From Scenedesmus sp. PABB004 (lineage: Eukaryota), in contig JABVCE010000023.1 in assembly GCA_014905635.1 (NCBI GenBank), positions 1 through 64,000 of the forward strand: a DNA stretch of 64,000 bases, in the 5' to 3' direction. Both the position numbers and the translations under genes were made by a program. The notes under the pieces were generated by a model. The model saw only the letters and a list, made by a program, of their open reading frames with translations, did no database searches and had not been told where the DNA came from. Of the stretch, positions 10,791-22,139 are shown one piece after another (position 1 is the stretch's first letter; every line of letters begins with the position of its first letter).

Positions 10791-13700
10791 ATGCCGCTCT
10801 TCGGCTTCCTGCCGGCGGGCGTGCTGGAGGACATCAACGACCTGAGCAACTGGAAGGTGCGCCGCGCCGCCGGCGCGGCGCGGCGCTCCGCCGGCGGCCG
10901 CGGCGCGCGCGGCGCGGCGAGCGCGAGCCGCACGCCAGCGCCGTGCCCCGGCGCACCGCCGCCGGCCAGCCCGGCTCCAGGCCGCCGCCGTCGCAGACGC
11001 GCTGCGCCGCGGTGGAGGCCGTGCAGCGCGGCCTCGCGGGCCTGCGCGACCCGGGGCCGCTGCTCGCCGAGCTGCCGGGCTTTGTGGCGTTCCTGGCGCA
11101 GCTGCTGGCCGACCACAACTTCAAGGTCGCCATCGCCGGCCTGGGCATGCTCGGCGACCTCGCGGCGAGCCTCCCAGACGGCGTGCTGCAGCCGCACCTC
11201 GGGTGCGCGCGCCGGCCGCCGCCGCCCCGCGCGCGCGCGCGCGCGCGCGCGTGACCGCCGCCGCCTGACCGCCCGGGGCGCGCCCGGGGGCTCACCGCCG
11301 CCGCCGCCGCCCGTCCTGCGCCGCAGCGACCTCGCGCCGGCGGTCGCAGCGCGGCTGCAGGACCAGCGGCCGCGCGTGCGCGCCGCGGCGGTGGCCGCGT
11401 GTGCCGGCCTCATGCAGCACGCGCTGCCGCACAGCCCCGCGCCGCTGCTGGGCCGGCTGCTCGCCAGCCCCGCCGCCGGCGGCGCCGGCGCGGCGACGCC
11501 GGAGCGCAGCGGGCTGCTGGAGCTGCTCGTGCAGGTGCGCGTGGGCACGCCCGCGGCGCGGCGGCTCGCACGGCGGCGGGCGCCGCCCGCTCACCCACAC
11601 GCGCCGTCGCGCACTCCTCGCCCTCGCGCGCCCTCCTGCAGGCACTGCTGCGCTACCCCGCGAGCAAGCTGGACCTGCCCGCCGCTGCCGGCGCGCTGCT
11701 GGGCGGCATGGGCGGCGGGCCGCTGGCGCGCGCGCTGGCGCTGGAGGGCCTGGCACTAGCGACCGACGCGCTCGGCCCCGAGCTGCCGGCGCTGCTGCGC
11801 GGCGCGGGCGCGGGCGAGCTCGACGTCGCGGACGTGCTGCAGGAGACGCGCGCGCTCGAGCGGCCCAGCCTGGGCCCCGGCGGCGCCGTCGCGCACGGCG
11901 CGGCGGTGCTGCGGGCGCGCGACGGAGAGGCGGCGAGCGCGAGCGACGGCGGCGGTGGCGGCTTCAGCATCCGCAGCTTTGGCGGTGCCGGCGCGGCGGG
12001 CGGGCGCAGCCGCACCAGCGCGGGCGGCCTGCAGCCGGAGCTCGGCGATCTCAGCCTGGGCAAGCTCTCCGCGCTCAAGCTGGCAGAGCCCGGTGCGCCG
12101 GCCGGCTCGCTGGGCGGCGCGGCCGCGCCCGGCAGCTCGCCCTGGGCGCCGGGCGCCGGCGCGCTGAGCGCCGGCGGCGCGGCGGGCGCTGCGGCATCCG
12201 TGGGGCGTCAGCTGTGGACGGTGCCGCTCGCAGCGGCGGGCGGGGGTGCGCCGCCGGCGGCGCAGCAGCTGCTGCCGCCGGGCTCGCTCGGCGCGCTCGC
12301 GGCGCGCTCGCGGCTCATCCGGCACGCCAGCAGCGCAGCGGCGGCGGGCGGCGACAGCGCCAGCGCCCACGGCATCGCGGCCGCGGCGCAGCGCACGACG
12401 ACGCTGCCGGGCGGCGACGGCGCACCGCCCAGCGGCGGCGGCGGCAGCAGCCCGCTGACCTCGCTCAGGGCGTCAGCGAGCAGCTGGGACGCGACGGGGC
12501 TGGGCGGCGCGCGCGCCGCCTCCGCCGGCCGCCGCGCCTCGACGGAGGCGCACGACGGTGTGGCTGCGGCTGGCCTCAGCAGCGCGCACACGACGAGCGG
12601 CGGCGGCGGCGGGGGCGGCGGCACGGCCGCCGGCAGCGCCGGCGGCAGCGCCCGCACCACGGGCGGCGGCGCCGACGCCGGCGCTCGGAGCGGCGGCAGC
12701 AGCTGCGCTGGCAGCTGTGGCGGCGCCGGCAGCTGCGGCGGGTCGGCGGACGCGCAGCTGGAGGTGCGGCCGAGGTCCAGGTTTTACGATGGCAGCGCAG
12801 CGGAGCAGCAGACGGAGCAGCAGCTGTGCGAGAGCTCGTGCAGCCCGGCGGACAGCGCGGCGCAGGGGCCGCCGAGCTGCAGCAGCAGCGGGCGCCCGGG
12901 CCTGCCGCCCACCAGCCCGCGCGCGCAGCAGCTCAACCGGTCGCTGCGGCAGGCGCTCGGCGGCTCGACCTCCCAGCTCGGCTCCACCGCGGGCGAGGCC
13001 GTGTCAGGGGCGAGCAGCCCCGACCCCTGCGCGCCGGGCGCTGCCGAGCAGCAGCTCCCCGCCAGCGGCAGCGGCGGCGCCTGGCCGGCGCCCGCGTCCG
13101 TGGTGGGCGGCTGGGCGCAGCTGGAAGCCTTTGCAGACGGCTGCGCCCCCATGTCGGGCCGCGTCGAGACGCTCAGCCCCAGCCGCGGCGAGCGCCTGGC
13201 GCAGCTCAAGCGGCGTCAGAACGAGAAGCGAGGCTCGAGCGCCTCGGGCGGCGCGCGGCCGCTGCTCGGCGGCCAGGGCCAGGACGGCGCGGCGGGCGAG
13301 CAGCCGGCCAGCCCCTGGGCGGCCGACGTGAGCGCCGCGCTCGGCGCGGAGGAGGCGCTGGCGACGGCAGGCGCCGCGCCGCGCGTGCCGTCGCCGCTCA
13401 TCAAGTGGCACCTGCCCACGTCGCCGGACGGCCGCCCCCGGCTGTCTGGCGGCGGCCTCGGTGCGCAGCAGCAGCCGGGCTCCCCGCAGCAGTGCCAGCT
13501 GCTGGCAGCGCAGCAGCACCCCGGCTGGGGCCCGCCGCAGCTGGAGCACGTGCACTCCGCGCCGCCCAGCCACGTGGCCGAGGCGGCGCAGCACTGGGCG
13601 CACCTCGGCGGCGCCTTTGACGCCAGCAGCAGCGGCAGCAGCAGCCCGGCGCTGGGGCGGCGGGCGCCGGGCGGCGCGGGCCGGCTCGGGCTCGGCGGCG

Positions 13701-16700
13701 GCTCCCTGTCGGCCGCGGTGGCCGAGCCGAGCAGCAGCAGCCCCGTGGCCTACCGCACCAACAGCGCGGCCGCGGTGCTCACCACCATCGGCGCCGGCAG
13801 CCCCAGCGCCAGCTGCAGCCCCCAACTGGGACGCCGCTTTGCCGGCGGCGCGGCGGGCATCGCGCCCGCCTCGGCGTCGCCCGACTCCCTCGCCCGCCGC
13901 GCCAGCGGCCAGCACGGGCCGGGCGTGGCGCGCGCGCAGACCGCTGCGGCGGCGGTTGGCGCCGGCGGCGACTGGGGCGGGGGCGCCGACTCGCCCGGCA
14001 GCGGCGCCAGCTCGCCGCTCGCGCTGCGCGCCGGCAGCGGCAGCGCGGGGCGGCGCGGCAGCGGGCTGGACCGCCCGTCAAGCGTGGGAATGGACCTGGA
14101 AGTGGGGGACCTGGGCCCGCTGCCCGACCCGGAGGCCCGGCTGCGGTGCGCGTGGGCGCCCGGGTGGCCGCGCGGGCCGGCCGGCCCGCTGCGCCGCGGC
14201 GGCCGCCCACAGCCGCACCCGGCGGCGGCAGCTGAGCCCGCGCCGCGCCGCGCCGCGCCGCCCCGCGCCGCGCCGCGCCGCTGCGCGCAGGCAAGTCATC
14301 GCCAAGTGCCAGGCGTCCAACACCGCCGCGCGCAAGGAGCTGGACTGGCAGGGCCAGCTGGAGGCGCTGATCGACGCGCGCCGCCTGGCCGCGCACCACC
14401 CGGACGTGCTCGCCGCCGCGGCGCACGAGCTCGTGCTCGCGGCGCTGCCGGCCGTCGAGGAGCTGCGCAGCACGACGGCGCGCGTGGCGCTGCAGCTCTT
14501 CAAGGTGCTGCGCCGCTGCGCGCGTGCCGTGGGGGCGCGGCGCGGCGCAGCGCGCGCGCGCGCGCGCGGCGGCGGCTCACGCGCCGCGCCGTGCCTCGCA
14601 GGAGCTGCCGGGCGTGCTCGGGCGGGGGCTGGAGCGCGAGCTGGAAGACGTGGTGCCGGTGCTGCTGAAGAAGGCGGGGGAGCTGAGCACCGCGGGTGCG
14701 CGGCGCGGCGGGGCCGGGGCGGGCGCACCGCGCCGTGCCGCGCCGTGCGTGCGGCCGCCGCCCGCCGCCGCGGCTGCCGACGGCCGTGCCGCGCCGCGTC
14801 GCGCCGCTCGCCCCGCCAGGCCGCGACAACTTCCTGGCCAGCGAGGCGGACCGCGCCCTGTCCGCGCTGTGGGGCGCGGTGAGCGAGGCGCGCGCGGTTG
14901 CGGCGCTCATGGCCTGCGGGTGCAGCCACAAGTCGCCCCACGTGCGCTGCCGCGCGGCGGCGCACCTCGACGAAGTCGCCGCCGGCGGCGCGGGGCTGGC
15001 GGGCGTTGTGCGCGGCAACTGGGCGGTGCTGGACCGGCTGTTCAAGTGAGGCGCCGCGCGGTGGCCGCGCCGCCGCCGGGCCGTGGCCGCGCCGCCGCCG
15101 GGCCGCGGCCGCGCCGCCGCCGGCCTCACCCCCGCCCCGCGCGGCGGCGTGCTGCGCCCGCGCCCGCGCGCAGGGCGGCGGCCGCGTTCCTGCAGGAGGG
15201 CTCGCTGGACACGCGCACGCACGGCAAGCGCATCCTGTGGGCGGTCAAGCTGGCGCTGCGCGGCAACCGGGCCGACCTCGACCGACTCATCTGTGGTGAG
15301 CGCCGCGTGCGCCGGCGCCGCGGCGCCCGTGCGGAGGGTGCGCGCCCGCACGCGCCCGCGCGCGCTCCGAGGCCGAGCTGCGCTGCCGTGCCCGCACAGG
15401 CGTGGCGCCGGAGGGCCTGCAGCGCCGCGTGGTTGAGGTGCTGGACGGCCTCACCGCGCCGCCGCCGACGCCGGCCGGCAGGAGCGCGCCCGGGCTCGGT
15501 GCGTGGGCGCCGCGCCGCGGCGCCGCGGGGCGCGCCGGAGCGCCGCGCGTGCGCCGCGCTGACGGCGCGCCGCCCGCCCCCTGCGCAGGCTCCCGCGCCG
15601 GCTCCCGCACGCCGGGCTCGCCCCAGACGCTGGCGACGACCTTCAGCGCCAGCGCCAGCCCCGCCACGCCGCCAAGCGGCCAGGGCGGCGCGCCGCAGGC
15701 GCGGCAGTACCACACCGTCGGCAGCGCCAGCGGCTCGCGCGTGCGCCGCGCGCTGCTCAGCGCCTCCGGCAGCGGCGGCAGCGGCGGCGCGGGCGCCGGC
15801 GGTGACGGCAGCCCCTCGCGGCTGCAGGTGCACGGCTCGGCGGCCGCGGCCGGGAGCGCGCCGGGCAACGGCGGCGCCGCCGCGCGCCGCCGCGCGGGCG
15901 CCGCCGCCGCGCAGCAGCCGGAGCCGGGCAGCCGGGACGGCAGCGGCGGCGGCGGGCTGCCCGGCGGCCCGGCCGTCCCCGCCGGCCCGGCGGGGCCGAT
16001 GTCTCCCGAGCTGGCAGACGCGGTGGACCAGGTGGGGACGCACCTCGGGTCCAAGGACTGGCGTGACCGCTGCGACGCGCTGGCCGCGCTGGCCGCGCTC
16101 ATGCCGGCGCTGCCCGAGGTGCCCAACGGCCCGCTCGAGGGCCTGCTGGCCGCGCTGGTCGCGCGGCTGGCGGACGCCAACGCCAAGGTCAACGTGCAGG
16201 CGCTGCAGGTGCGGCGGGGCGCGGCGCGGCGCGGCGCGGCCGCCAGCCGCCGCCGATTGCTCACCGCTGACCGCTGCTGCCGCGCAGGTCACGGCGGACG
16301 TGATCGCCACCGTGCGCGCGCGCGCTCTGCTGGTGCTGCCGGCGCTCGCGCCCGCGCTGGCGGCGAGCCTGGGCAGCAGCAACGAGCGCGTGCGCGCCGG
16401 CGGCGGCGCCGCGCTCGACGCGCTGTGCGCCGCGCTGGAGCCGCCGGCGCTGCTGGGCGCGCTAGGGCTGATGCTCGGCGGCTGCGGCAACGTGCGCAGC
16501 AAGGCGGCGCTGGTGGAGCGGCTCGCGGGCGCGGCGCCGCAGGCGCACCGCTGGGCGCCCGCGCTCGTCGTGCGCGGCGCGCTGCCCGCGGCGCTCGCGC
16601 TGGCGCTCGAGGCGCGCGGCGACCTGCGGCCGCCCGTCGTGCAGCTGCTGGGCGTGATCACGCACCTGCTGGGCGCGCCGGCGCTGCTCGCGCACGCGGC

Positions 16701-16767
16701 GGCAGCGGGCCCGGCCGTGGAGGCGCGCGTGCGCGACCTCGTGCCCGCCTGCAGCCGCCTGTGCTGA
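10791..16767 (+). CDS. TOG-array / CLASP-N HEAT-repeat microtubule-binding protein (crescerin/TOGARAM/FAM179-like)
   Basis: N-terminal HEAT exons (DLSNWKTRCAAVE, LLADHNFKVA), a long Ser/Gly-rich linker, then two HEAT clusters (LDWQGQLEALIDARRLAAHHP, VEELRSTTAR, FLQEGSLDTRTHGKR; LGSKDWRDR, RLADANAKVN). Confidence 0.75.
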
Positions 16768-17173
16768 ACGGGGCGGATTGGCCGGCTGCCGCGCTGAGGG
16801 CGGCCGCGCTGGTGGAGGGGTGGGGGGGGGGCTGTAGAGCGGGGGGGGGGGGGAGGCAGCACCATTCCGGGGGGGGGGGGCAGCGGCGAGCTCGGGCGAT
16901 GTGCGCAGGCAGGAGGCCAGACTTGGATGAGGGGTCGGGAGCGCAGGCGCAGGTCGGCAGGCATGGTTTTCTGTGTTTAGGAGTGCGCAGCGTCGTTTCA
17001 TTCGCGACAGAACCGCCCTCGGATTGATCGACATCAGCGCTGCCAACCCCACCTGCACGTGCGCGCTCGACTGCCGCGACGCACTGCCTGCACGCCTCGC
17101 GCCGCACCGCGCCGCGCTGTGCGCGCCGCCGGCCGGAAGGCCGCGGCGCTGGCGAGAGGGTCTCTCGGTAACT

Positions 17174-17178
17174 TTACA
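17174..17178 (-). promoter_or_regulatory. TGTAA chlorophyte polyadenylation signal of the YEATS gene
   Basis: TTACA on + strand about 100 nt downstream of the stop codon. Confidence 0.6.
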
Positions 17179-17277
17179 CGCGAGCTCCGACGCCGCCCCG
17201 GGCCGGCCCGCGGGGCTGCAGCTGCAGCCGCCGCGCGCCCGTCCCGCGCCGCACGCGTCACATGCGTGGCGCGTGCG

Positions 17278-17662
17278 TCACATGTGATGCATCATCATGT
17301 GCGCGCCCGCCGCGCTCGGCGAGTCGGCCGCGGGCGCCTGCAGCTGCAGGCGCAGCCCCGCGCTGAGCTGCGCGACCTTGCGCCGCGCCGCCTGCACCGT
17401 CGCGAGCTCCTCGCCCTCGCTCGGAGGCGCGAGGTACTCCTCCACGCTCAGCGGCGCGCGCGGGCGCGGGACGTGCGACACGACGCGCTGGTAAAAGCCC
17501 TGCGCCGGGCACACAAACACCAGCTCCTCGACTTGCTCCTGCAAGTTTGCGCGCGCGCGCGGGCGCGGGCGCGCGTGCGGCGGCGTGTGTTATCCATGTC
17601 CCCCACGCGCGCGGCTTGCTGGCAGGCAGACCGGACCCGTCCCGCGGCCCCCGCGGGGCGGC

Positions 17663-17698
<36 letters not shown>

Positions 17699-18467
17699 GC
17701 GCGCGGCCTCACGTGCACGACCGGCTTCTGCTTGGTCCCGGTGGGGTCATCCTCGCCGTAGAGCTTGAGCCGATGGAAAAGCTCCACGTCCTTCTCGCCA
17801 GAGTCGGGCGGGAAGTGGAGCTGGAGGCAGCCGCGGGCGCGCGGGCAGGGGCGCGTGGGCACGCGCGGCGGCGGGCACGGCGGCGGCAGGCGAGCGGTGG
17901 CAGCGGCACGCTGCGGCCCGTGCGCTGTGCGCTGTGCGCGTCCCGCACCACGACGCCGATCTCAAACTCGCCCCACCCCGTCTCCGTGACCTCAAACGGC
18001 GGCGCCTCGACGTGGCGCACGGGCACCTGGAAGCTGGTGTGCAGGTTGAACGTCACCCGGTGCACCACGTGGCTGATGTCCTCGTTGCCCAGGCCGCGCA
18101 CGTAGACCGTCCACCGGTGCGACGCGTACTCGGTCGCCTGCCGATGGCAGCGGCGGCGCACGCGGGCGCGGGCGGCTCGCCGCCGGCGCGGCGCCGGCCG
18201 CCGCCAGGCCGGCTGGCCCCGCAACGCGCTGCACCGACGGATTTACCAGCCTCCGGGGCGGCGCAGCCGGCCGTGGCGGCCGCGCAGCGCCGGCGGCGCG
18301 CACCTTTTTGCCGAGGTGGATGGCCACGGTCCCCACGACCACCGGCACCACCAGCTCCGTGTTCTGCAGCCTCCCCGGCATCTGCGCGCGCGCGGCAGTG
18401 GGCGTCGGCCTTGCGGCGGCCTTGCGCTCGGCGCCGCTCGCCGAACGGCAGCGCTGCTGCTCACCAT
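17278..18467 (-). CDS. YAF9: YEATS-domain protein (YAF9/GAS41-like)
   Basis: SHRWTVYVRG, VHRVTFNLHTSF, PPFEVTETGWGEFEI, VELFHRLKLY, EELVF. Start is either an ATG-only first exon at 18467 or ATG 18381. Confidence 0.93.
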
Positions 18468-18990
18468 CGCGGCGCGCCGCCGCGGCCCGGCGCCTCCAGC
18501 TCACGGCCACACGGGGTGCGCGCCTCGCAAACGCGACTGGCTCTCAGCTGCCACCAACGGCCGATCGATCGGGCCCCCCTCGAGCAGCAGCAGGCGCGGA
18601 GCGGCGGCGAGCAGTGGTCGGCGGCGAAAGCCCTGCTGTGAGTGTCGTTTGATCGTGCGTGCGGTGGAACGTAGCTGAGTGATGGTGGGGCGACGCCGGC
18701 GCAGAGCGGCCGGCCGCGCGTCAGCTCGAGGGGTTCAAGCGCTTGCGCCGCCACACACCGCCCGGCCGCACCGCACTCCCGCGCACACCCGTCACCGCAC
18801 ACCCTGCGCACCGCCTGCTCAAGGGACCAAAACCGCACTGCCTGCCTGTGCGGCGCCCCGCACGTGCACGCACGCTGGGGCGCCGGCTGCCTGCCACGCC
18901 AGCCTGCAGAAGCCTCTGTACATCACACCCGCCCGCCCGCCCGCCCGGCTGCCGCAGCTGCGGCAGCCCCCTCTCGCCGGCCGGCCCCCC

Positions 18991-19938
18991 TCACCAGCCG
19001 CCCGCGCTGCCAGCCAGCACGCGGCCGGCGCGCTGCGCCGCCGGTCCCGCCGCCGCGCCCGCGGCGGCGTCGTGCTGCTGCTGCGCCGCCGCCGCCGCGC
19101 CAGCCGCGCTGCGCTGCGCCGCGGCCGCGAGCGCCGCGGCGGCCGCGAGCAGCGCCTCGGCGGCCGCGGCCGCGCCGTGCAGCGCGGCCGCGAGCACGAG
19201 CGCCGCGTGCGCCGCCGCGGCGCCCGCGTTCCAGAGGGCCACCACCTTGACGCGCCCTGGCTCGTACACGACCACCTCGTCCCCGTCCTCGAGGTGCGTG
19301 AGCAGCACGCTGTCGTAGCGCCCCAGCAGGCGCCGCAGGCGGCCGCCGTGCTGCCCCGCGCGGCCGACGCGGCGCACGCGGCCGAGGTCGACGGCGCACT
19401 CGAGAATGACGCCCTTTCGAAGGGCCTTTGCGTTGGTCGCGAGCGGCGCGCGCGCAAAGTAGATCGCGCCGCCCGCGGTGCCCGAGCGGCCGGCCTTCAT
19501 GCGCCCGGTCGCCAGAATCTCGCGCGCGAGCTCGGGGCTCGTCTGGTGGTAGAGTATGGTCAGAGGGCGCAGGGCGCCGCTCGCGCTGGCGCCGCTCGCG
19601 CTGGCGCCGCTCGCGCTGGCGCCGCTGCCGCTGGCGCTGCTCGCGCTGGTGCCGCTCGCGCTGGCGCCGCTCGCACTGGCGCCGCTGTCGCTGCCCGCGC
19701 TGCTCCAGCTGCTGCCGGCGTCGCTGTCGCCGCTGCTGGGCGCGCAGGGCGCGCAGGGCGCGCTGGCGGCGCCGCGCGCGGCCGAGCCGCGCGCGCGGCG
19801 CCCGCGCGCCAGCGGCCTGCGGGGGCGCGCGGGCGGCAACGTTGGTTTCGTGCGCGCGCTGCGGCCAGCAGCTCGCCCTGGCGCCGGGTCCAGCGTCGCA
19901 GCTCACCCGGACGCCAGGAGCTCGCGCAGGGCGCTCAT
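18991..19938 (-). CDS. PARP-like / Gig2-like ADP-ribosyltransferase (H-Y-E class), 2 exons
   Basis: Exon 1 MSALRELLASG splices in frame to exon 2 at 19816. Catalytic region LYHQTS...GGAIYFA...VILECAVDLGRV...YDSV...GDEVVVYEPGRV, preceded by (SGASA)n repeats. Confidence 0.75.
19574..19690 (-). repeat. Coding 15-bp tandem repeat (SGASA)n
   Basis: gccgctcgcgctggc units on + strand, about 7 copies. Confidence 0.85.
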
Positions 19939-20758
19939 GCTGGCCGGGTGGGCCTGGCGGCGGCGCGCCGCAGCGCGCCGGCGCACGCTAAGCGGCGCCC
20001 GCTGCTGCTGCTCGCGCACACCGCCCGCGACGCTTGCGGGCGGCCGAAGCGACGGAAAATTGAGAGGAGCGCAGCTCAGAGCGCTCGGAGCTCGCGCCGG
20101 GATATGCGAAAGCTCGCGAGCGAAGCTGCCAGCGCGAGCAGCACGCTGATTGGGCGGCGCGACAACTGGGACAACTGAGCGGCGCGGAGCGCTGCCGTGC
20201 GCGCGGGCGGCGGCGGCATTGTTGAGCGGCGGCGCGACGCGGCGGTTGCGTGCTGCACCGCTCCGCCGACCGCCTTGTCACTCACCCCCGCCGTGCCCGC
20301 CGGTGCGCTCGGGAGCTCCCCGGCAGTTCGGTGAGCTACCGAGCGATCTGCCGCCCCGCTGCCGCCGCCGCCCGCCACCCGCGCGCCGACCAGCCAGCCC
20401 CCGCCACCCGCGCCAGGCTTGGCGCGTCAACAGTCAGCACTCCCCCGCCCGCCGCATTTATTCATTCCTCCTCTGTCCAGTATGTCAGTGCGCGGGAGTG
20501 CCCGTTGAATGCAGTGCCGGTTGAATGCAGTGCCGGTTTTGAATGCTCAGCCGCGCGACCAGCCCCGCCCGGCGTGCTGTACACGCGATATCTAGATACA
20601 CGGACAGCAAAAAGCAGGCACCGCCTGTCAGGCTAGCCACCCCCCACGCCGCACGCCCACTGCACACTCGCTACTCTACTCACGGACGGGCTCGATGCAT
20701 GCACAAAAACTCTGGACAGGTGTACACAGCAGCGCCTGGCGCGCGCGTGGCGGCGTGC

Positions 20759-21369
20759 TCACTTGGAGTTGAGCATCGCAAAGCGGCGGTCGGTGCTCGT
20801 CTCCATCCGATTCTCGTTGGGAATGGACGGCCAGCGCAGCATCGCAAACGACCGCGACCTGCGCGGCGGAGACGGCGCGGGCGCGGCGGTGCCGTGAGCG
20901 GGGCGCGGCGCGCGCGCGCGCGCCGCTGGCAGCACGGAGCGCGCAAGCCGCGCACATGCCGCCGTAGTAGCCGTACGGGCCGTAGCCGTAGGAGCGGCCC
21001 CACGACGGGCCGCCGCCAAAGTAGGAGGCGGGACCGTAGCCGTCGACTGCGGTGGGCGGCGGCGGGCGGCGCGCGGGCGGGTCAGCCCGCGCGCAGCAGG
21101 CGGGACGGCGGCGGCGGCGCCCCGCGCGCCCCGCGCCACGCACAGAGCAGGCGGCGGTTGCCCAGCAGGCCGGCGGCGCTAACTGCCTCCTTCTTCTGCT
21201 CCGCGGCCGCAGACGCGACTGCGGCGGCGTCGGCGGCGGCGGGCGTGGGGGCGCGCCGCCTCGCAGCGCACGGGACCAACGCGCGGCGCGCCCCGCCCTG
21301 CGGGCACGCACCCGCCAGCAGCGCGGCGCACGCCACCAGCCCCAGCAGCATGCCCCTGGACAGCCTCAT
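20759..21369 (-). CDS. Small secreted Gly/Tyr-rich prepropeptide, 3 exons
   Basis: Signal peptide MRLSRGMLLGLVACAALLAGAC and pro-region ending RRLL. Phase-consistent splicing gives FDGYGPASYFGGGPSWGRSYGYGPYGYYGGMSRSFAMLRWPSIPNENRMETSTDRRFAMLNSK*. Confidence 0.7.
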
Positions 21370-22139
21370 TGCGAGGAGGAAGCGGAGGAGGGGGGCCTGC
21401 GGCGCGCCGAGCGGGCGGGACGGTCAGCTTGCGCGCGCGCGCGTACGCGCGGCGGCGCTCGGCGCCCCCGCGCGTGCGCGGGTGGTGTGTCAGCGAAAAG
21501 GTCATAGGCGCGCTGCATAGTGCGCCTGCTGGAGCGGCGCGTGGGCTGCCCGCGGCGCCGCCGCGGCGCCGCCGCAACGGCCGACGAGCGGCGGCACCCG
21601 ACCCGGCACCCGCGCGCCTCATCAAGGCCCCGCCCGCCCTGGACGGAGCTACGCGTGCACGTCGTACGCGTGGCGACCGCGCGCGCGGCGCCTCCGCGCG
21701 CTCACCTGGGCGGGGCGCGCCGGGTCGCGTGCTCGACCTTGCTCGACAGCCAAACTGTACAAGGCTGCACAAACAACAGGCTCTATGCACATGCCCACCC
21801 CCGCGGACCGTGCGCCGCTTTGTTCGAACGCGGAGCTGCCCCGAGAAGCGCGGGAGGCGCGCGTTCGCCCCGCAGTTGTGCGTGCACGACGCCAGCCCCG
21901 CTCCAGCGGCGTCCCGCAGCGCTACCAGAGCTCGCCATCCCGCTGGGCAGCTCGCGCGGCGGCGAGCGGCTGCAGTGCCGGGCGGCGGCGCAACCGAAGC
22001 ACGCGCCGCGTCTCGCAGTTTGCCTCGCCTGCTCAGCTCACGCCCAGTCCCGCCAGCAACACCAGACGCGCACGCCGACCGCTTGCGCAGCGGGGGCGGG
22101 CTCAAGGGGCAACGCCGAGCAACGCGTCAACACCGCGCG

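Noticed and set aside
20505..20546. Direct repeats as a CRISPR-like array
   Set aside because: Adjacent 16-mers with no spacers, in a eukaryotic context.
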